The position numbers and the translations under genes were made by a program. Positions 1 to 14,360 of a stretch of 64,000 nt of DNA are shown in pieces. Location of the stretch: assembly GCA_013265495.1 (NCBI GenBank), contig MU058039.1, positions 64,591-128,590 of the forward strand, given 5' to 3'. Position 1 is the stretch's first letter; each line of letters begins with the position of its first letter. This DNA is from Vicugna vicugna. Taxonomy: Eukaryota. The notes below the pieces were generated by a model, which was given only the letters and a program-made list of their open reading frames with translations, made no database searches and was not told the origin of the DNA.

Positions 1-1090
1 GTGTGAATACGTTTGTGCACGTGGAGTTGTGACTTGGAAGTAAAGGATTTCCCACAGTGACCACATTTATAAGGTTTCTCTCCGGTATGAATTATTTGAT
101 GGGCGATCAAGTGTGCCTTCTGGATGAAGGCTAGCCCACATTTCATGCATACATATGACTTTTCTCCTGTATGAATTCTTTGATGTACTGTGAGTGCTGA
201 CTTCTGAGTAAAGGCTTTTCCACAATCACCACATTCATAAGGTTTTTCTCCGGTGTGAATTCTCTGATGTATAATCAACTCTGACCTGTAGGTAAAGGCT
301 TTACCACATTCATTACATATTGAAGATTTCTCCCTAATTTGAACTTTCTTATGTGTATTGAGGTTGGAACTACTGTTGAAAAGCTTCCCATATTCGTTGC
401 ATATAAAGGGTCTCATTCTTGTGTGAGTTCGTTGATGTACCTGAAGTTGTGACTTAGAAATGAAGGACTTCCCACAGTTACTGCACTCATATGGTTTTTC
501 TCCAGTATGAATTCTTCGGTGTGCAATCAAGTGTGTCTTCTGGATGAAGGCCTGTCCACATATGATACATATATAGGATCTCTCACCTGTATGAATTTTC
601 TGATGCATCTTGAGTGTGGACTTTTGTGTGAATGCTTTGCCACAATCACTGCATTCATGGTGTCTCTCTCCGGTATGAATTTTCTGATGTATACTAAGAT
701 CTGAGTTATAAGAGAAGCCTTTCCCACATTCACTGCATTCATAGAGTTTTTCTCCAGTATGAATTCTCTGATGCCTGAAAAGAGAAGATACCTGGAAAAA
801 TGCTTTCCCACAGTCACCACACTTATAGGGCTTCTCTCTAGTATGGGTCCTCTGATGTGTAATGAATTCTGGTTTCTGTAGAAAAGCCTTCCCACAGTCA
901 ATACATACATAGAGTTTCTCTCCTGTATGAACTTTCAGATGTACCTTGAGTTGTGACTTCTGGGTAAAGATGTTTCCAAATTCAGCACATTCGTAAGACT
1001 TTTCCCCAATGTGAATTTTCTGGTGTTGAGAGGATGCCTGCTTATAGCTGAGGGTTTTTCCACATTGATTATGGTCCCACAATTTCTCCC
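1..1090 (-). CDS. ZNF585A: ZNF585-like zinc-finger exon (partial, runs off left edge); 10 intact + 3 degenerate C2H2 fingers visible
   Basis: Minus-strand frame reads [27 protein letters not shown]...[16 protein letters not shown], matching my recall of human ZNF585A/B, including the degenerate CNEYGK...HKKVQ finger. CAGCAG acceptor at 1096-1091 is phase-compatible with the KRAB-B exon. It is absent from the ORF track because the stop lies outside the window. A versus B cannot be firmly assigned. Confidence 0.9.
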
Positions 1091-1519
1091 CTGCTGGAGT
1101 ACAGTGACGGCCAGTAGAGGAAGAAATTTTACCATGTTCAGTAATCTTATTAATGTTCCTTGACCCACTGTTTCTATTATGACTGTGTAAATCTAAATTA
1201 TGCTTCAAAGCATTTCCAAATAAGTCACACTGATGGGGTCTTCTTGGGGAAGGAATGTTTTGGCTCCCATGGATTATTTTTCTAATGTCCTTATATTCAT
1301 AATCTCTCTTTATAGTCAGTGTTTTCTTGATGAAAGCAACATCTCTTAAAGATTTCTTTTCTCTTTGTTGATAGCTCTCTATCTGGTCAGCAATCTGCCA
1401 AAATTCTTCTAGAATAAAATACAACAAAATGTCACGTGTAGCATCACTTTCCCTCTCAATGTAGAAAGAAGCTTTTTCAGAAATTCTCTGCTGTGAAGTT
1501 TGAAACTCAAACTCTCCTT
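1091..1519 (-). CDS. Candidate in-frame 5' extension of the ZNF585 zinc-finger exon (143-codon linker)
   Basis: Manual translation shows no stop from 1519 to 1091 in the finger frame ([19 protein letters not shown]...[16 protein letters not shown]...HNLDLHSHN...). The first stop is at 1521-1523, next to a pyrimidine tract plus AG. Confidence 0.6.
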
Positions 1520-2670
1520 CTCAAAGGAGAATGAGGAGATGATTTTAGCTCAAAGAGCAGCTAGCAGACGCAAGAGGGGAGGGTCATATGGCTCATCCAG
1601 GTTGAACACAGTGAAAAGGGTGAGATGACTCATTGGCTAAGGCTTGGTGACAGTGGTGACAGGAAACATTCTGGGATACAATTCAGTTTATTTAGGAAAC
1701 TTTATGAAGACAATGCACCATGCACTTAAGTGAAAAAAGTAAGGCAAAGAATAAGATATACATCAGAATAACATTTATATAAACTAATAATACATACCCC
1801 AAGTTACTTTAAATTTTAAAAGAACATATATGAATTTAAAAGTATGTTTCCATCATATAAAACAATTGCCTGTGATGGGAAGTGAGATGAGTCTGGGGAA
1901 AAGAAGGAAAAAGGAATAAATCAAAAAATAAATAGAGAATCCTTACCCATACTGATGATGATAGTCCTGAATGAAGACATGATTAAATTCAAACCCCATG
2001 CGAAGTACAGAAATAAAGCAATTACAAAAATCAGCCAGCCAGGCAGAAAGCCACTAGTCAGTGTAAATTCTCAAGCACCATAAGAAGGAAAAGTCCGAAT
2101 GGTACTCCCAAAGGCTAAGCAACAGCGACCCCTAAGTCATCAGCTGGAGGAAAGGCATAGGGAACGGGGAAGTGAGAAATCTTATGTCAGTGACTATGGA
2201 GGAAACAGAAAGAGAGCATGATTGGAGGTAAAGTTCGAAAGCATCTCACAGTGAGAGAGAGAGAGAAATGAAAGAGGACTAGGAGGAGTGGAGTGTCTTA
2301 CATATAGTAACTTTGAAAGAAAGCAGATCTTAAAGATACATAAAGAAGATCTCAGACAATGGGGAAGGCAGAAAGATAAAAGAATGTTAGACAAACGGAG
2401 CAGAGCCAAGGAAAATAGAAAATATTTAATGAGGCAAATCGGCATGTGATCCAGACTCCAAAAAAGCCAAGGAAGAAGATGGAAATGACAAAGGCATTTA
2501 TGTAGTAAGGCTTTTAGTTATTTGAGAGGCCGATGTCAAGGGTTGTCAAGTAACACAAAAAAATTAGAACCCTCGAGAAGAGCCATCTTTACAGCATTTC
2601 AGAATGCCAGGCTTTCTCAAGATGGCTGAGATTTACTCTCCTGTCTCCCATCAGCCTGGGTCCCACTCAC

Positions 2671-2763
2671 CTGGACAGCTCTGACGCAGGCTCTCACTCT
2701 GCATTGCCCATGGCTCCTCTGCTTGTTCCAACATGAAAACCTCTGGTTCAGGAACTTGATACC
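2671..2763 (-). CDS. ZNF585A: ZNF585-like KRAB-B exon
   Basis: cag|GG...CCAG|gtgagt; 93 nt; (G)[30 protein letters not shown]. Confidence 0.92.
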
Positions 2764-2892
2764 CTGTTTGTGAGACATGACAAAAAGTCTCGGTCCAGCT
2801 AATTGTGTTTCAGGGACCCATCAATAAAGTTCTGTCATTCAATGAGGCTTTGTTCGTTAGGAAAGTAATAGTATATCTCTGAGAACAGAGTA

Positions 2893-5800
2893 CAGTTGTC
2901 CCTTGAACAACAGGGGACTGTTGAACTGCATGGGTCCACTTATCTGTGGACTCTTTTCAATAAATATATTTACTGAAAATACTGGAAAATCTTTTGGAGA
3001 TTTGTGAGAATTTGAAAATACAGACAAACTGCATAGCCTAGAAATATCAAAAAAATTTAAGAAAAAGAGATGTCATGAATGCATAAAATACACGTAGATA
3101 CTAGTCTATTTTATCATTTACTACCATGAAATATACACAAATCTATTATAAAAAGTTAAAATTTATCAAAACTCACCCCCCCAAAAACTTACAGACCCTA
3201 CATGGCACCATTCACAGTGGAGAAATGTAAACAAATGTAAAGATGCTGTATTAAATCCTAACTACATAAAATTAACTGTAGTGAGTACTGTACTACCGTA
3301 ATTTTGTAGCCACCTCCTACTCTACTGCAGTGAGCTCAAGTGCTGTGAGTATCCACTTAAAATACCCTCATCATGTGAGCAGTCCCTCTCTCTAGCAAAT
3401 TGCATACAATAGTAAAAAGGGATCTCTCCCAGGTTCTCATGTACTTTTTGTTCAATGCAATATGATAAACCCAGAATAACATCACGGGACCCATACTGGT
3501 GCCACTAGTGATGCTGGAAGTGCTCCCAAGAGCAGAGAAGCCATGACATTACAAGAGAAATTTGAATTGCTTGCTCATCCCATAGATTGAGGTCTGCAGC
3601 TGCAGTTGCTGGCCATTTCAAGATAAATGAGTCCAGCATAAGGACTATCGTTAAAAAAAAAAAAAGAAAAGAAAAGGAAATTCATGAACCATCACTGCAG
3701 CTACAGCAGCAGGCATGAAAACCTTGCATTTTTTGAGAAATATTTTATCTTGTACTAAAAATGTAGTTTTTATGTGGGTGCAGGATTGCTATAAGAAAAG
3801 CAACCAGAGACTCTTAACATGATTTGAGAAAAAGTGAAGTCATTATAACTTAAAGTGAAAGGTAACCATAAGTTTATTCTCTATGTCTGTGAATCTGTTT
3901 CTTTTTGTAGGTAAGTTCATTTGTGAACTTATGATTATCGGGGGTAAAGTGGTTGGGAAGGGATAAATTGGGAATTTGAAAACTGCACCTCTTGGGGAGA
4001 GATGGAAATGTTAGCTAATCTTGACTGTGGTGGTGGTTTCACAGGTGTATACATTTATCAAAATTCATCAAATTGTACAACTGAAATATGTGTAGTTTAC
4101 TGTACAGGAACCATACCACAAAAACGGTGTTTAACAAAAAGCAAAAGGAAGGTGACGGATCTAACGCTAGAGAATTTAATGCCAGTAGAGGATGGTTTCA
4201 TAATTTTAGAAAGAGGTTCAACCTAAAAAATATCAAGACAATAGGAGAAGCAGCTCTGCTGACCAGGAGGCAGCAGATGAGTTCCTAGACGCCATTAAGA
4301 AAATCACTGAGGAGAATGGATATCTGCCTGAACAGGTTTTTAATGCAGATGAAAATGCTCTATTCTGGAAAAAAAAAAAGCCACAAAAGACATTTATTAC
4401 TAAAGAAGAGACGTGAGCACCAGGATTTAAGGCAGGAACTTAAATCCTAACTAACTCTACTGTTTTTGTGCAAATGCAGTAGGGTTAATGATCAGGACTG
4501 CTTTATCTGTCTGTAAAGCGGCTAACCCCAAGCCTTGAAGGGAAAAGATAAACACCAGCTGCCAGTCTTGGTTACAAAACAAGAAGGCCTGGATAACAAG
4601 AACCTTTTTAGATTGGTTCCACTGAGGCTTTGTCCTTGAAGTCACAAAGTACCTTGCCAGTAAGGGAATGTCTTTAAAGTTCTTTTGTATTTGGACAATG
4701 CCACTGGCCACCCAGAACCCTCACCAAAGCTGTCAAATGGTCTACTTGTCCCCAAACACAACATCTCTAATTCAGCCCCTAGATCACAAGGACCATTAAG
4801 GCTTATTACACATGGTACTCTATGGTAAGGACTGTCAACACTATGGAAGAGAGCCTCAAGAGAGAACACTATGACAAACTAAAAGACTTACACCACTGAA
4901 GATGCCACCGTTGTTAGAGAAAATGCTGTGAAAGCCAACAAACCTGAAACAAATTCCTGCTGGAGAAACTGTGTCCAGATGTTGTGCACGACTTCATAGG
5001 ATTTACAACAAAGCTAATGAGGGAAACTATGAAAGACATTGTGAATAAGGAAAAAAAGGTGGGTGAAGGGTTTTAAGATATGGATCTTGGAAAAATTCAA
5101 GAGCTAACAGACGTCACACCAGAGGAAGTGACAGAAGACAGCTTGATGAAGATGAGCGCTTCTGAATCAGCGCCAGGTGATGAGGAAGAAGACACAGAAG
5201 CAGCAGTGCCAGAAAACAAACTGACGTTAGATAATCCGGCAGAAAAGTTCTGATTATTTAAGACTCCTGACTTCTTTTACGACACGGGCTTTTCTGTGAT
5301 ATGGGCACTGAAACTGAAGCAAATGGTGGAAGAAGGATTGGTACCACATAGAAACATTTTTAGAGAAATGAAAAATCAAGAAAATGGTCAGACAGAAATT
5401 ACAGTGTTTTTCTGTAAAGTTACACCAGTGGGCCTGCCTCGCCTGCTCCTCTTCCACCTCCACCTCCTCCACTTCTTCCATCTCTGCCATCCCTGAGACA
5501 GTAAGACCAATGCCTCCTCTTCCTCCTCCTCCTCAGCTTACTCAACGTGAGGATGACGAGGATGAAGACCTTTATGATGCTCCACTGCCGTTTGATGAGT
5601 AGTAAATAATCACCGTGCTGTACAGTTAATAAACTTACCTGTTGTGTGTGCGTATGTCTTCCTGTGAAAATCTAGTGACTGTATGGTAGCAAGAATGGGA
5701 TGAGATGTATTTTATCATCATCATCATGATCATCAAGGATTCATCATGTAGAACACCGTGTGCAAGATTTGTATTAAAGTCGACAGCTTATCCTTACATA

Positions 5801-6567
5801 GGCATAAGGTGAGTGATATTTAATATAAAATTAATAATGTGTTTGTTTTCTTGTTTTGTAACTTCACTTTCAAAGAACTGCATTACCATATGGTATGCCT
5901 CTCTTGTAACTGGAGAAATTGCATATCAGCCTGTCATCACAGATAGTGATTTTTTTTTAATGTAACTGTTTCCAATACTGTATTATGAATCTGACTGTAA
6001 TACCATATTCCATAAAAATTGTACAGCACTTCATCTATTAGTGTATAGGCTCAGCTACCGTGTAGCCATCACACTGCTGCTTCTTCATCACCAATAAGTG
6101 AATTGTTCATTATACCTATAATACAAATTTCTTTTCCACATTATCTTTTCATTTTTGATGTCTAGTGTTGTAATACATACAAATTTCTACAGTGTTTTGC
6201 ATCACTTAAGACAATATTGATGTAGGTACTGTAAGAAGACAATTCACCTTGTAAATAGATGATGTAAACTATGGTACCGATAAATACAGTATAGTACTGT
6301 AAATGTATTTTCTCTTCCTTATGATTTTCTTAATAACATTTTCTGTTCTCTAGCTTACTTTATTGCAAGAATACAGTATATAATACATGTAACATACAAA
6401 ATATGTATCAACCGACTGTTTATGTTATTGGTAAAGCTTCCAGTCAACAGCAGGCTATTAGCCGTTAAGTGTTTGGGGAGTCAAAAGTTATACATGGATT
6501 TTCAACTGTGCAGGGGGTTGGTGCCTCTAACACACCAACAACACCTGTGTTGTTCAAGGGTCAACTG
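2893..6567 (+). mobile_element. Tigger2-family (TcMar/pogo) DNA transposon, near full length, decayed transposase
   Basis: TIRs CAGTTGTCCCTTGAACAAC (2893) and GTTGTTCAAGGGTCAACTG (ending 6567), flanked by TA on both sides. Broken transposase motifs FNASRGWFHNFRKRF and GYLPEQVFNADENALFWKK lie at ~3500-5600. Confidence 0.9.
3861..4137. mobile_element. Composite L1 3'-end fragment nested inside the Tigger transposase
   Basis: An antisense L1 3'UTR piece (ggtaaccataagtttattctctatgtctgtg...) abuts a sense piece (gggaagggataaattgggaatttg). The transposase frame resumes at KQKEG. Confidence 0.65.
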
Positions 6568-6694
6568 TAATACTCAGAGTGCCCCAAAGGCTAAAGAATC
6601 TTGGACAAATAAAGGACAAAACCATCATATAAGTCAGATACCTCACAGTATTCAGCAACTGAGAAAGAAAACACTCTCAGTGGGCCTTCCCTTA

Positions 6695-6877
<183 letters not shown>

Positions 6878-8099
6878 TTAGCTTTGGGGGAATGGAGAGA
6901 CTATTTAGAAACATAGAACTTGGGTTTTGCTGCTGTTAATACACTCACTCTTTTTAAAAAATCACCTCCCATCATTTCCCTAACATTTTATTATGCAATT
7001 TTATAAACATACAGAAAATTTAGAAGAATTTTATAGTGAAAACCTCTATGACCACCACTTGGAATCTATCACTAACACATACTATACTTGTTTTACCACA
7101 CAGTCACCCATCCTTTTACCCATTCATTAATCCATCTTACTTTCTAGTGCATTTCAAAGTAAACTACAGATGCCAGTACACTTCCTCATAAATACTTCAG
7201 AATGCAAATCACTAACTACAGTATAGTTAACCTTTTTCAGGTAAGCTTTACATATAATGAAATGCACAAATCCTTGGTATACCATTTGAAGTTTTGACAA
7301 ATGCACACACCTGTGTAATCCAGGAACTTTTAAAAATAAGGTTTCATATAGGGTGTATATTAAATATCTAGTTTTACATAATATTTTATGGAAGACAGAC
7401 ATCAAATAAAGAATTTCTGCTTTGTTCTATACGGTTCTAAGTCAATTATTTGTTCTTCTAAACTGAAGATTGAACTACACTCTTATTCTTCTAGCAACTG
7501 GATGAATGACCTGTGATACAATTTCTGAGCAATTTAGAACTAGCCATTATGCTAGTTGTAGAAACACAAAAATGAATTATTTATGTTTCCAATGTTCTAG
7601 CAACTTAAAAGAATTGGAAAACAAATAAGATCTAAGGTTTAAAAGAAAAGAAGAAGACACAAGTTCACTAAAATGTCAAAAAATAAATCTCCATGTGGAA
7701 CACACTGAGGTCCCCAAACAGGAAAAAGTCCATTCTACATGGGGGTGTAAGTTTATATTAGGTGAGGAATTTAAGTTGGAAGATGAGAAGTGTAATACAG
7801 AATGGGGTTGTGAGGGAGGCCAGAAAAGATGAAAGCAAACGTGTGGATACAGGAAAACACACAGTGAATTTGAAGAACAGCAAACAGATCTATGTAAGTA
7901 GAGAGAAGTCTGCACGATATGATAGGAAGGTGGTTATAGGAAAAGCAGTTTGCTCATAGAACAAGTATGAATGTTTCACTTTAAGTAAAGGTAATAATCA
8001 GATTTATATTAATATATTTCCCTGTAAGATCTGTATTGCAGAATAACCAAATAAATAATGAGGAAAGGTTCTTTACAAAATGATTGCTCACTAATCTAC

Positions 8100-9010
8100 T
8101 CTAGAAGTTAGGATAGAATTAGAATAACATCATTTCATTACTCCTAGTGAAATAATGGGTTTAGACAATAATCATTAAGGGTTGCTCAACTGTTTGAGGT
8201 GAAAGGCTGAAGAGAAGTTTAAAATGGATGAATCAGCTAGCAACATCTGCACCCACTGATTGATGTGTTTTAACATCACAAAAAGAGAGATAACCAGATA
8301 CTATGTGCCTCCTGACATGATACAGTAATTAATTTCATTCTATCACCCAATTGAGTATTTTCGCCAAATATATTAAAAAAATCCAGCCTGAATCTCATTA
8401 AGCCTCCAGATCTAACAAATCATTCATAGGTAATTGAAGGATAGAGTAACATAGTAAACAATATCAAGACCAAAACATCAGCTAAATCCATAAAGCAGCA
8501 AATGATCTGTTTCTCCAAAAAATAAACTACAACAGAAAAAATACGGAGGGGAATCTTCTCTTTATTAAAAGAGACTTCAGAGTCATACCAAACAAATGCA
8601 ACTTACGGACTTTGTTCGGCCCTTAATTAAAGCAAACCAAAATTAAAAAGGTATTTATGGCATGTTTAGAGAAATTCAAACAATAACTGGGTATTAAATG
8701 ATATCTAGGAATTACTGTTATGATTTAGGTGTGATCATGGCTTACTGCTTATGTTAAACAAAAAGGAAGAAAAAAAGAATTCTCATCTCTTAGAAATACA
8801 CATCAAAGTATTCAGAGATAAAATGGTGTTTGAGATTTACTTTAAAATAATCCAGCAGCTGGGGAGGAGGGTGGTTTTAGATGATACAAGAATGACACAA
8901 TGCTGATGGCTACCAAAGCCGAGTGACAGGCACAATAGATACAAGGGCTCCTTATATTATTCTCTTTACTCTTGACTACATTTATATTTAATTCATAATA
9001 AAATGTTATT
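8100..9010 (+). mobile_element. Old L1M (L1ME/MC-like) 3'UTR fragment
   Basis: Diverged L1M 3' motifs (aaaagagacttcagagtcatacc...aaatgcaac; ggaattactgtta...). Confidence 0.55.
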
Positions 9011-9179
9011 TTTTTAAATGTTATTTTTTAAAAACATGATATTAAAAAATCTAATCTGGAAATGCATAATGGAAGGAATGGCTATTTTCATCTGGAATCA
9101 TAAACATTTAAAAAAGGCATTATAGGGACTTGAACAGTCCACATTCAGCAAATTATAAGAATAGTTAGACAGGGTATCA

Positions 9180-11480
9180 TCAATGATATAGAAGAACAAC
9201 AGGATCTAATCAATATTTAGAATATTCCAACCAATGGCAGCAGAATACATATTCTTTTCAAGCATTCATAGAACAGTGACTAAGACAGACCATATCCTAG
9301 GTTGTGAAACAAACCTCAACAACTGAAAAGAACTGAAATAATCTGAAGTACGTTCTCTGACCATAATGGAATCAAACTAAAAATCAATAACAGAAAAATC
9401 TCTGAAGAAATTATATTAGAAAATAATAACAAAAGCTATCTGGAAAGTTACAAAATATCTGAAAATTAAACAACACACTTCTAAATAACATGTAAGTCAA
9501 AGAAGAATCCTCAAAAGAAATTTAGAAAATACACAGAACTGAAAGAAAGTGAGAATATAACATATCAAAATCTGTGGGATGCAGATAAAAGTGTTGAAAG
9601 GAAAATTTATAGCATTAAATGCTTACATTAGAAAAAGGGAAACAAACAATCCAAATAAAAAATGCACAGAGGATTGGAATAAGGCATTTTTTTCCAAAGA
9701 AAATATACAGATTGCCAGCAAGTACATGAAAATGTGTTCAACATCACTAATGATCAGGGAAGTACAAATCAAATCCACAAAGAGACATCACCTTACACCT
9801 TACACCTTGCTAGAATGGCTGTTATAAAAACAAAAAACAAATACCCCCAGAAATATAAGAAATAACAAGTGCTGGCAAAGATGGGGGGGAAAGGAACCCT
9901 TGTGCACTACTGGAAGAATGTAAACTGGTGCAACCACCATGGAAAACACTTTGGAGTTTCCTCAAAAAATTAAAACTAGAACCATCAAATTGTCTAGCAA
10001 TTCCACTTCTGGATACTTTTTCAAAGGAAATGAAAACACTAACTTGAAAAGATATACGCACCCTCACATTCATTGCAGCATTATCTACAATAGCCAAGAC
10101 ATGGAAGCAACTTAAGCGTCTAATGATGGATGAATGGATAAAGAAAATGTGGTATTTATGTATGCAATGGAAAATTATTCAGCCATAAAAAAGAAGGAAA
10201 TCTTGCCATTTTCAACAGCATGGGTAGACCTCGAGGGCATATAGTAAGTGAATTAAGTCAGAGAGAGAAGGAAAAATACTGTATGATCTCACTTTTATGC
10301 AGAATGTTAAAAAACCCCAAAAGAACAGGAACTGAATTCACAGATACAGATTAGAGATTGGTGGCTGCCAGAAGCAGAGGGTAGATGGGCAAAATGGGCG
10401 AAGGTGGTCAAAAGTATAGGCTTCCAGGTATAAAATAAGTAAGTTATGGGATGTAATATACAGCAATAGTAACTATAGTTAATACTGTATTGTATTTTTG
10501 AAAATTGCTAAGAGAAATCTTGAAGGTTCTCAACACAAGAAAAAAAGATAGTTAACTATGTATGGTGATGGATGTTAACTAGATTTACTGCAGTGACCAT
10601 TTCACAATATATATAGACATCAAATAACATTGTATACCTGAAACTAATGGGTTAAACATCAATTATACATCAATTTTTTTTTAAATGGAAGAGGAAAGTT
10701 CTCAAATCAATAATCTAAATTCCTACCTCAAGAAACTAGAAAAAGAAAAGCAAAATAAACCCAAAGCAAGAAAAAAGAAGAAAATAATAAAGAGTACGTA
10801 TCAATGAAATTGAAAACAAAATTTTTTTAAAAACTGGAGAAAAGTCAATAAAACAATGTAGTTATTTTGGGGGAAAAAAATCACTAACATTAATAAACCT
10901 TGCTGACTGTCCTAGCAGTCAACCAGACTGACAAGGATAAAAAGAAGATACAAATCACCAATGTCAGGAATGAAACAGGAGTATCATTACAGATGCAGCA
11001 GCCATTAAAAGAAAAATGAGGGAATACAAAAACTGTGCTAACAGAGTCAATAAGTTAAAAGAAATGGACCAATAACTCCAAAATCACAAACTACCAAAAC
11101 TTAACATGATGAAATGGAAAAGGTGGTAATAACCCTACAACCATTAAATTAAATTAAATTCATTATGTAAAAGCTTTTGAAAAAGAAATCTCCAGACCCA
11201 GACAGTTTTACCAGAGAATTCTACTAAACTTTTAACAAAGAGTTAGTCTTATTTTTACATAATCTCATCCAGAAAATAGAAGAGTAGGAAATACTTCCCA
11301 ACTAATTTTATGGGACCAGTATTATTACCCTGATACCAAAACAGTGCAAAGACAGTACCAGAAAGAAAACTACAGACTAATACCTCTTGTGAACTTAGAT
11401 GCAAAAATCCTAAAGAAAATGCTGGCAAACCAGATCCAGCAATGAATAAAAAGAATTGTGTACCTCAATAAACTGGAATT
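9180..11480 (+). mobile_element. Old L1 ORF2 fragment (EN to RT start) interrupted by a younger L1MA-type 3' end at ~9640-10680
   Basis: [14 protein letters not shown] breaks at ~9635 and the ORF2-like sequence resumes at ~10690 (aggaaagttctcaaatcaataatct). The insert has the typical ORF2 C-terminus and 3'UTR. Confidence 0.8.
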
Positions 11481-14049
11481 TATGGGAGAACTCTCGGTAG
11501 TATATTTTGCAATGCCTTTGACTCTATAAGTATTTCAAAATAAATTAAAAATTTGAAAAATATACTGAAGAACGATTATCCTCAAAACAGAGTATTCTGA
11601 AATGGGCAAGACAGGAAAGTCAGTCCCAAGAAGCACTGCACAATTCATGTGAGAGAATACAAAATCCTTACTCACCTAAAGTAAGGCTGTGGTAAGGCTA
11701 CAGGAGAGATTGCTGTTAATAATTAAGGAGGTAAAACTGATACTGAGTTGAAAGTGCGAAAAAGGACTCATGTAAGTCTCAGTTAATCAGTTTTGTGTTG
11801 CTGTAGGTTCGATGTCACAGATGAGTTTACAAACTAGAGGAGGAGGAAGAAGACCAGAAATAATAAATTTTGTAAATAGTGAGATTTAGGCAATAAGAAA
11901 TATACAAGACTGCATACTAGGCAGGTGGAGAGAGAGCTAGTATGGAGTTGAAGATTTGGGAGTTGTATATACAAAGCAGGTCACTGAATTCAGGGGAAGG
12001 AATGAACGTGCAGGAAGGACAGGATAGAGAAAGTATTAAAGATACTTGCAGTTTTTAATGTTTAAAATTATGATACTTGAAAGCTATCTTTTTATTTAAT
12101 TGTGTTCAGAGATTACAGTTTATTTCTTTGTGATCCAAAGGATGACAGTAAAAGAATAAGCAAAAAGCACATCTGAATCCACCAACAGAAAGGAAACAAG
12201 AGCCCCTATCCAAACATCAGACAGAGCTGAATTCTAGGGAAAAAAAAGTAAACGTGACAAGGACAAAAAGAACTTAGATGTCATTACTGTCACTGCACCA
12301 AATTACATAGCATCAAAATGTATAAACAGAAACTACAGGCAAATACAGAGAGAAATATATTCGTGATGGAAAACTTTAAATAGCATCTCTTGGCTCAAGA
12401 AGATAAAGTGGAAAATAAAAGCTACATTGTAAAAATCTCATAACTATGTATCTTATTGTAAAAAAGTTGGTATCTAGAAACATTCAAGTGCCTATGTACA
12501 TTGAGAAATATTAAACATAAAACTTGCACACACACACACGTTAGTATTCCAAAAGTAGAATAAAATCAATGCAAATAAATCTCTCCAAAGATGGCGATCT
12601 TAATTTCATTAAAAGCAGAATTTTTTAAGTAAAAATCTTAACACCTACAAGTGAAAATGTAGTAAATGGTAATTAAAGGTTTCATTGGAAATTTAATGTT
12701 CCTAGAAATTCATCCATTTAAGCTAGGTTTTAAGTGTTATTTCTTTGAGATACATTATTTTTCTAGATTATTTTTGAGCTTTGTTTTGCTGTAAATAGTT
12801 AATACACTTGACTTTTGAATCTATGTTCACAATTTCTAGTTTTGTTTTAACTGCCGTTGACTGGTTTGAGCATCAAGATTAACATAGTAAACAAAATAAA
12901 ACAAACACCAAAAACAAGATTGGGAATAAGTTGACATACCATCTTGACCCAAAATTTTGTTGTAAAGATCAAACTGTAAAACCATACGACGTTTTCCAAC
13001 ATTTTTGACTGTGTTGGAGGTGTCTGATCAACATTTTAATTTCTTCAAAGGCTTCTGAACCATTTGTATTTGCCGTTTTGACATTTACGTTTTGGAAAAT
13101 TTCATCCTTTTTGTTTAGGTTTTCATGTTTTTGTGTATGATTTTATATAACATTCAAGATTATTTTAATATTTGATAGAGCAGTAACCATCTCTGTTTTA
13201 TTACATATTTTCTGTGTATCTCTACTCCCTTTTTTTGATCACCTCCACATAGAAATGTGCTTCTGCCAAATATTTTTCTCAATTATTTCATTCTCTTTGT
13301 GACTGATTTCTTCTCTTATCTTTTTTCAGTCCTGATTGTTATCTCATATTTATTCTTTTTCTAACTTCTTCAGTTGAAAGTATAACTCACACCATAGGTT
13401 TTGTTTCTTTTTTTCTCCAAACTCCCAGGATTCCTTAAAAAGCATTTAAAACTATATTTTCCCCTATGTTTATGGTTTAGCTTCACCACACAACTTTAAG
13501 ATCTAGTACTGTATTTACTAAACTTCAACTCAAAGAATTTTGTAAGAAGACATTTCGTGATTTTTCTTTTAAAGAATATTTATGAAGAAAGAAATTTTAA
13601 GTGGCATTAAGTCCACTCAAAATGTTGTGTAAAAAAGCCTTTTGCTTTCTATATGATAGAATAATGCTCTTGCTCAGAAAATAAAATCAACATTATAGCA
13701 AAGGTAGGTATTTTTTGTCTGCTTTGATCATGAAGTTTTTGAGAGTACTTGATAAAATGGTCAATGGTATAGTTAATGATTTCTGTTCATTTTTACTTAA
13801 TATAGTTCAAAGATACATACTATTAATTAAACAAATATTGACAATTCTTTTTGGTATATTATTACTTTTGTAAGTTTGAACCAGGCCTCTCCCTCCCTTT
13901 GGATATTTTTCATCTTAAATTCCTTTTGATCTGTTTCTAAACCTGCAGCCTTAGCTTTCTTTTGGCTTTTGTTTCTGAGTAAATTTTTCCATTCCTTTAT
14001 TTTCAGACAAGGAGAAAAGCAACCCTTGAGTGCTGAGAACTTGCCTGGC

Positions 14050-14360
14050 ACTATTGTTTAGACTTGGGTGTTGCTAGGAGCTGGCCAGGCAGGATCAGCC
14101 AGGTCACGGTGCTCTCCAGTTACACGAAAAACACAGAGAACACCAACATCAAACAGGACCACTCTCTGACCGTGAGGGCGCAAGACAAAACCAAGACCAC
14201 TCTGTGATCATGTCTGAGCACAGACAAAAATCAGAACATTGTTCAAACCACAAAAGTGACCGAACATCCCCTTGTTCTAGCTAATACAAGTGACTGCTGC
14301 TTTTGACTCGCTCCATTCTTCCTACCTTCTAGATAAAAGATGCCCAATCACAGAACTGCC
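14050..14360. mobile_element. ERV LTR-like fragment
   Basis: Internally repeated gaccactct(c/g)tga motifs and LTR-like composition; family not determined. Confidence 0.35.

Noticed and set aside
527..1168. ORFs 527-910 and 935-1168 (minus) and 507-704 (plus)
   Set aside because: Shifted-frame or antisense shadows of the ZNF585 finger array; the true frame is open to the window edge.
3500..5602. Domesticated or active pogo transposase (TIGD-like gene)
   Set aside because: Multiple stops and frameshifts plus a nested L1; it is a fossil.
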